In this document: piece by piece, positions 27,093 to 32,000 of the stretch
Layout: each line of letters starts with the position of its first letter
Position numbering within the stretch: the stretch's first letter is position 1
Assembly: GCA_900234795.1 (NCBI GenBank)
Contig: LT962688.1
Span: forward strand, 4,170,001 to 4,202,000
Length of the DNA stretch: 32,000 nt
Reading direction: 5' to 3'
From: Methylorubrum extorquens
GTDB lineage: Bacteria > Pseudomonadota > Alphaproteobacteria > Rhizobiales > Beijerinckiaceae
The notes under the pieces: generated by a model
The model's input: the letters and a program-made list of their open reading frames with translations, nothing else
Told to the model about the DNA's origin: nothing
Database searches by the model: none
Position numbers and translations under genes: made by a program

Positions 27093-29188
27093 ATGATCGT
27101 CATCGAGGAGGGCCTGCCGACACCGCTTGGCGCGCATTTCGACGGCCGCGGCGTCAACTTCGCCCTCTTCTCGCAGAACGCGACCCGGGTCGATCTCTGC
27201 CTATTCGATCCCGGCGCCCGTCACGAATCGCGTACGATCCGCCTGCCCTGCCGGACCGACGACGTCTTCCACGGCTATCTCCACGGCCTTCTGCCGGGGC
27301 AGCAATACGCCTACCGCGTGTTCGGCCCCTGGGACCCGGCCGCCGGCCACCGCTTCAACCCGGCCAAACTCGTCCTCGACCCCTATGCCCGCGAGATCGC
27401 CGGGCGCATCCGCTGGCACGACGCGCTCTACAGCCATCGCCATGGCGGCGCCCGCGAGGACCAGATCGACCGGCGCGACAGCGCCCCGTTCGTGCCCCGC
27501 GGCGTGGTCACCCGCCCCGACACCCCCGACGCGATCGCTCTGCCCGCGCCGCGCCCGCTCCACGAGACGGTGATCTACGAGGCGCACGTCAAGGCGCTGA
27601 CCCGGACGCATCCGGCCCTCTCGGAGGCCGAGCGCGGGACCTATCTCGGCCTCGCCCATCCGGCGATCATCGAGCACCTGTTGAAGCTCGGCGTCACCGC
27701 CCTCGAACTCCTGCCGATCCAAGCCTTCGCCGACGACCGCTTCCTGATCGACAAGGGCCTCGTCAATTTCTGGGGCTACCAGCCCTACAACTACTTCGCG
27801 CCGGAGCCGCGCTATCTCGGCGAGGGCGGGGCGAGCGGGCTGCGCTTCGCCATCCGCGAATTGGCCTCGGCCGGCATCGAGACCCTGATCGACGTGGTCT
27901 ACAACCACACGGCCGAGGGCGATCATCGCGGGCCGACGCTCGCCTTCCGCGGCATCGACAATGCGAGCTACTACAAGCTCGACCCCGACAACCTTCGCCG
28001 CAACATCGACTGCACCGGCTGCGGCAACACCCCTGAACGTCGCCCATCCGCGGGTGATGCGGATGGTGCTCGACAGCTTGCGCCACTGGGTGACCGCCTA
28101 TGGCGTGGCGGGTTTCCGCTTCGATCTCGCGACGAGCCTCGGCCGTGCGCCGAGCGACTTCTCCCCCCAGGCCGCATTCTTCCAGGCGGTGCAGCAGGAC
28201 CCCGTTCTCTCGAGAGTCAAGCTCATCGCCGAGCCCTGGGATATCGGCGGGGGCGGCTACCAGCTCGGCGGCTACCCCTATGGCTGGAGCGAGTGGAACG
28301 ACCAGTTCCGCGACAACCTCCGCGGCTTCTGGCGGGGGGATTCCGGCACGCTGGCCAAGCTGACCCAGGGGCTCTCCGGCTCGCGCGAAATCTTCCTGCC
28401 TTCGGGTCGCTCGCCACTCGCCAGCATCAACTTCGTCGCCTCGCATGACGGCTACACCCTCGCCGACGTGGTCGCCTACGAGGAGAAGCACAACGAGGCC
28501 AATGGCGAGGAGAACCGCGACGGCCACGGCCACAACCTCTCGGCCAATTACGGCGTCGAGGGGGCCGACCGACGATCCCGCCATCCTGGCCCTACGCGCC
28601 CGGCAGAAGCGCAACATGCTGGCCTGCGTGTTCTTCGCGCAGGGCGTGCCGATGCTGCTGATGGGCGACGAGCGATCCCGCACGCAATCCGGCAACAACA
28701 ACGCCTATTGCCAGGACGGCGCATTGAGCTGGATGGATTGGGAGAACGACCCCGATCCGACGCTCACCGAGTTCGTGGCGAACCTCGCTGCGCTCCGCCG
28801 GGCCTGCTGTTCCCTGCGGCGGCGGCACTTCCTCGTCGGCAGCCGCGTCGGCGAGACGGCCCTGAAGGACGTGCACTGGCTCTCCCCCGATGGGACCGAG
28901 ATGGACGCGGCCGCCTGGGGCGACGGCGAACGCCGTGCCTTCGGCATGCAGATGAGCAACGATATCGAGGACTCGGAGCGCGTCCTCATTCTCATGAACG
29001 CGGCGCCCGAGCCTTGCCCCTTCGCCCTGCCGCCCGATCTCGGCGGCCCCTGGCGTCCCGTCTTCGACACCACCCTGGACACCGGCAAGGTCTTCGACGG
29101 CGCGCGGCCGCCGGTCCCGGTCGGCGGGACCGTCGATCTGCCCGAGCGGGCGGTGCTGGTGCTGAAGTCGCCGCCCCTCCTCGATTGA
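27093..29188 (+). pseudogene. glgX: glycogen debranching enzyme GlgX; two frame interruptions as sequenced
   Basis: The protein spans three consecutive frames. Frame 1 ends at ...DCTGCGNT, at the C4 run 28030..28033. Frame 2 reads LNVAHPRVMRMVLDSLRHWVTAYGVAGFRFDLATSLGR...NFVASHDGYTLADVV...YGVEG, up to the G5 run 28560..28564. Frame 3 reads PTDDPAILALRARQKRNMLACVFFAQGVPMLLMGDERSRTQSGNNNAYCQD... to the stop at 29188. Removing one base from each run gives a continuous ORF of about 697 aa. Confidence 0.9.
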
Positions 29189-29284
29189 GGGGCTCAAGCG
29201 AGAAAACGTCCCGCGCGTCTCGGCTTCCTCCGCCCCCCGTGGCATCGTGCGACCCGGATTACGACAGGCACAGGGACGGTATCG

Positions 29285-29935
29285 ATGCAGGCGGAGAGCG
29301 GCGGCGCGGCACGGGTGACGGTGGTCGATCACCCCCTCGTCCAGCACAAGCTGACGATGATGCGCGACAGTGACCGCTCGACCAAGGGGTTCCGCGAACT
29401 CCTCAACGAGATCGGGATGCTGCTCGCCTACGAGGTGACCCGCGACCTGCCGCTCGAACCGGTCACCATCCAGACGCCGATTCAGCCCATGGAAGGGCGC
29501 CGGATCGCCGGCAAGAAGCTCGTGCTCGCTCCGATCCTGCGGGCCGGCGTCGGCTTTCTCGACGGCATGCTCTCGCTGATGCCTTCGGCCCGCGTCGCCC
29601 ATGTCGGGCTCTACCGCGATCCCGACACGCTCCAGGCGGTGGAGTATTACTTCAAGAGCCCGTCGGATCTGGCCGACCGCACCGTGCTGGTGCTCGATCC
29701 CATGCTCGCCACCGCCAATTCCGCGGTCGCGGCGGTGGAGCGGCTGAAGAGCCGGGGCGCGAAGGATCTCCGCTTCGTCTGCCTTCTCGCCGCGCCCGAA
29801 GGGATCGCCCGCTTCCAGGCGGCGCATCCGGATGTGCCGGTCTGGACCGCAGCCATCGATAGCCACCTCAACGACCACGGCTACATCGTGCCGGGCCTCG
29901 GTGATGCCGGCGACCGGATGTACGGCACACGCTGA
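29285..29935 (+). CDS. upp: uracil phosphoribosyltransferase
   Basis: Typical Upp segments: [27 protein letters not shown], the PRPP loop [14 protein letters not shown], and [16 protein letters not shown]. Confidence 0.93.
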   Translation: MQAESGGAARVTVVDHPLVQHKLTMMRDSDRSTKGFRELLNEIGMLLAYEVTRDLPLEPVTIQTPIQPMEGRRIAGKKLVLAPILRAGVGFLDGMLSLMPSARVAHVGLYRDPDTLQAVEYYFKSPSDLADRTVLVLDPMLATANSAVAAVERLKSRGAKDLRFVCLLAAPEGIARFQAAHPDVPVWTAAIDSHLNDHGYIVPGLGDAGDRMYGTR

Positions 29936-30078
29936 TTTTTTGGCTTTCGATCCAGCGCTCGCTCACGAAGACAGAGGCGGTTCACGCCTCGACGCGCCTC
30001 GTCCCCTGCGCCATCTGACGCGAGCGTACGCGCGACCAACCCGCCGCGTGAGCCCCGAGGAAGCCCCAAGGAAGCCCA

Positions 30079-31089
30079 ATGACAAAAAACCTGCCCGAGA
30101 CCATGCGCCAGATCCGCTTCACCGCTGCGGGTGGCCCTGAGGTCATCGCGGTCGAGACCGTGCCGCTGCCGGAGCCCGCGGCCGGGCAGGTTCTGATCGA
30201 GGTGGTCGCGGCGGGGGTCAACCGGCCCGACATCATGCAGCGCCAGGGCAGCTACCCGCCGCCCAAGGGTGCGACCGAGATTCCGGGCCTCGAGATCGCC
30301 GGCCGCATCGCGGCTTTGGGCGAGGGGGTGACGGGTTTTTCGGAGGGCGAGGAGGTCTGCGCCCTCGTCATCAGCGGCGGTTACGCCGAATTCGCCGTCG
30401 CCGAGGCCGGGCAGGTGCTGAAGAAGCCCGGGCCGCTCTCGCTGGTGGAAGCCGCCGGCCTGCCGGAGACGGTCTTCACCGTCTATTCCACGGTGATCCA
30501 GCGCGGGCGCTTGCAGAAGGGCGAGACCTTCCTCGTGCATGGCGGGTCTAGCGGCATCGGCACCACGGCGATCCAGATCGCCAAGCAGCACGGCGCCCGC
30601 GTCCTCACCACCGCCGGCTCGGACGAGAAGTGCCGGTTCTGCGAGGAGCTGGGCGCGGATGCCGCCATCAACTACCGCGAGGCCGATTTCGCCGAGGAGG
30701 TGAAGCGCCTCACTGACGGTAAGGGGGTCGACGTGATCCTGGACATGGTCGGCGCGGCCTACCTGCAAAAGAACATCGCCTCGCTGGCGGTGGAGGGGCG
30801 CCTCGTCCAGATCGCCTTCATGAAGGGCTTCAAGGCCGAGAACCTGACGCTGACCCCGATCATGCTCAAGCGCCTGACCATCACCGGCGCGACCCTGCGG
30901 GCCCAGGCCAAGGAAGCGAAGGCCGCCATCGCCGAGGGCTTGAAGCGGGATGTCTGGCCGCTGGTCGAGGCGGGCAAGATCCGCCCCGTCGTTCACGCCA
31001 CCTTCCCGCTCGAGGAGGCGCGCAAGGCGCATGAGCTGATGGAGACCAGCAGCCACACGGGCAAGATCCTGCTCACGACGGGCCGCTGA
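30079..31089 (+). CDS. NAD(P)H:quinone oxidoreductase (zeta-crystallin/PIG3-type medium-chain reductase)
   Basis: Diagnostic segments are GVNRPDIMQRQGSYPPP, the nucleotide-binding FLVHGGSSGIGTTAIQIAK, and the C-terminus AHELMETSSHTGKILL. Confidence 0.9.
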   Translation: MTKNLPETMRQIRFTAAGGPEVIAVETVPLPEPAAGQVLIEVVAAGVNRPDIMQRQGSYPPPKGATEIPGLEIAGRIAALGEGVTGFSEGEEVCALVISGGYAEFAVAEAGQVLKKPGPLSLVEAAGLPETVFTVYSTVIQRGRLQKGETFLVHGGSSGIGTTAIQIAKQHGARVLTTAGSDEKCRFCEELGADAAINYREADFAEEVKRLTDGKGVDVILDMVGAAYLQKNIASLAVEGRLVQIAFMKGFKAENLTLTPIMLKRLTITGATLRAQAKEAKAAIAEGLKRDVWPLVEAGKIRPVVHATFPLEEARKAHELMETSSHTGKILLTTGR

Positions 31090-31146
31090 AGCCTCATCCG
31101 AAGATGTTTTCGGCGATTTGAAAGTGATGCCGCCGAATCAAGACTT

Positions 31147-31180
31147 TTGAGCCTCGTCCCGAATGCGGGACGAAGCTCAA
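31147..31180. repeat. 15-bp-arm hairpin TTGAGCCTCGTCCCG-AATG-CGGGACGAAGCTCAA (one mismatch)
   Basis: Read directly in the intergenic region after the oxidoreductase gene. REP- or terminator-like, with no T-tract. Confidence 0.5.
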
Positions 31181-31195
31181 GGCGCAGCTTGCTCA

Positions 31196-31221
31196 GGAAC
31201 TCTCGGAGCCACACCGGCGTT
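31196..31221 (+). promoter_or_regulatory. sigma-EcfG-type general stress promoter candidate GGAAC-N17-CGTT
   Basis: GGAAC lies at 31196..31200 and CGTT at 31218..31221, separated by a 17-nt spacer. This matches the alphaproteobacterial EcfG/PhyR regulon consensus GGAAC-N16-17-CGTT. It sits about 60 nt upstream of the ATG at 31281. Confidence 0.5.
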
Positions 31222-31280
31222 GGCCAAGCATAACCGATGCTGACGCCGCCCCTTTCACCGGGCGGAAGAGAGGGAACTTC

Positions 31281-31559
31281 ATGGCCCAGATCGAGACCCA
31301 AACCGATGCCCGTCAGGGTGCGAAGGGCAAGCCTGTCCTTTACGTGCTGGTCGCGAGCCTCGTCCTTCTGGCGGTCGCCACGGTCGGCCTGCTGAGCTGG
31401 AACCGGGTGGAAACGACGTCCGACTACGCCGGCAAGAGCCAGGAATCGTCGCGTGAAGTGACCACGGGGTCCGTCAACAAGGCCCCGTCTTCCAACAGCG
31501 GCAACGTTCCGGCCGAGAACCCGGCCTATCCGCAGCCGGCGCAGAAGTCGGCCCAGTAA
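31281..31559 (+). CDS. small single-pass membrane protein, function unknown
   Basis: 92-aa ORF with the purine-rich AGAGGGAAC ending 4 nt upstream of the ATG (SD-like). It has one TM helix (PVLYVLVASLVLLAVATVGLL) and a Ser/Asn/Pro-rich tail. A strong intrinsic terminator follows. Confidence 0.55.
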   Translation: MAQIETQTDARQGAKGKPVLYVLVASLVLLAVATVGLLSWNRVETTSDYAGKSQESSREVTTGSVNKAPSSNSGNVPAENPAYPQPAQKSAQ

Positions 31560-31579
31560 GGCCAAGCACCACGATCACG

Positions 31580-31620
31580 AAAAAGCCGCCCGGGACGATG
31601 TCCCGGGCGGCTTTTTCTTT
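31580..31620. terminator. bidirectional intrinsic terminator
   Basis: The structure is AAAAA-GCCGCCCGGGAC-GAT-GTCCCGGGCGGC-TTTTTCTTT. It has a perfect 12-bp stem flanked by an A-tract and a T-tract. It lies between the convergent small ORF (+) and the dehydrogenase gene (-). Confidence 0.8.
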
Positions 31621-31639
31621 GGCTCTCGGTCTTTGGTTC

Positions 31640-31684
31640 GACCGCATTCCGACGAACCGGCATCCGCTTCGTCGGAATGCGGTC
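31640..31684. repeat. REP-like palindromic element, copy 2 (GACCGCATTCCGACGAA-N11-TTCGTCGGAATGCGGTC)
   Basis: Read directly: perfect 17-bp arms. The core arm sequence is shared with the element at 1561..1599. Confidence 0.75.
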
Positions 31685-31694
31685 TCGCGAGGCC

Positions 31695-32000
31695 TCAGCG
31701 CGTCGGGATCGGCGTCTCGCCGCGGTAATCGTAGAACCCACGCTTGGTCTTGCGGCCGAGCCAGCCGGCCTCGACGTACTTCACCAGCAGCGGGCAGGGG
31801 CGGTATTTCGAATCCGCCAGACCCTCGTAGAGCACCTGCATCACCGATAGGCAGGTATCGAGGCCGATGAAGTCGGCGAGCTGCAGCGGCCCCATCGGGT
31901 GGTTCGCGCCCAGCCGCATCGCAGTATCGATCGACTCGACCGAGCCCACGCCCTCGTAGAGCGTGTAGATCGCCTCGTTGATCATCGGCAGCAGGATGCG
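31695..32000 (-). CDS. 3-hydroxybutyryl-CoA / 3-hydroxyacyl-CoA dehydrogenase, C-terminal part (5' end lies beyond the window)
   Basis: The frame stays open to the window edge ([61 protein letters not shown]...[11 protein letters not shown]). This is the typical C-terminal dimerisation domain of Hbd-type dehydrogenases. Confidence 0.88.
   Translation of the reverse strand, partial: RILLPMINEAIYTLYEGVGSVESIDTAMRLGANHPMGPLQLADFIGLDTCLSVMQVLYEGLADSKYRPCPLLVKYVEAGWLGRKTKRGFYDYRGETPIPTR

Noticed and set aside
25553-29188. otsA-glgX adjacency as a novel trehalose pathway cluster
   Set aside because: It comprises only two genes with well-known separate roles. There is no otsB, treY, treZ or treS in the window. 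The adjacency alone does not support a new system.

Overview
High-GC (about 70% by eye) alphaproteobacterial chromosome segment. Protein sequences and gene order look like Methylobacterium/Methylorubrum-type Hyphomicrobiales; that taxon call is inference. The content is mostly conserved housekeeping genes. In order: an OmpR-type response regulator, a cNMP-binding protein, dapD, a HigB-2/HigA-2-like toxin-antitoxin pair, an alpha/beta hydrolase, and a class A acid phosphatase. Then two envelope proteins (one with an SNase-like domain), a lipid kinase and TerC pair, a lipoprotein, poxB and rho. Next comes the conserved block smr-mltA-Tim44-like divergent from secB, followed by an MFS transporter, csaA and hisS. 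A four-gene stress-type operon follows (membrane protein / Holin-X-like / DUF3618 / LEA-like protein). The window ends with otsA, glgX, upp, a quinone oxidoreductase, a small membrane protein and the 3' end of a 3-hydroxybutyryl-CoA dehydrogenase gene. I saw no rRNA, tRNA, CRISPR array, transposase or phage block. I did not find a convincing new multi-gene system. The most unusual points are listed here. (1) Five reading-frame breaks, each placed at or beside a mononucleotide run, fall in four well-conserved genes (Tim44-like, mltA, smr, and glgX twice). (2) A toxin-antitoxin insertion with atypical codon usage has a palindrome over its start codon. (3) GGAAC-N17-CGTT (general-stress sigma EcfG-type) promoter-like motifs lie upstream of a small ORF and, more weakly, the stress operon. 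(4) A roughly 580-bp non-coding gap contains four 13-bp-phased direct repeats. (5) A REP-like palindromic repeat family has two copies in the window. Many long ORFs in the six-frame track are antisense or shadow ORFs typical of high-GC DNA and were not called.
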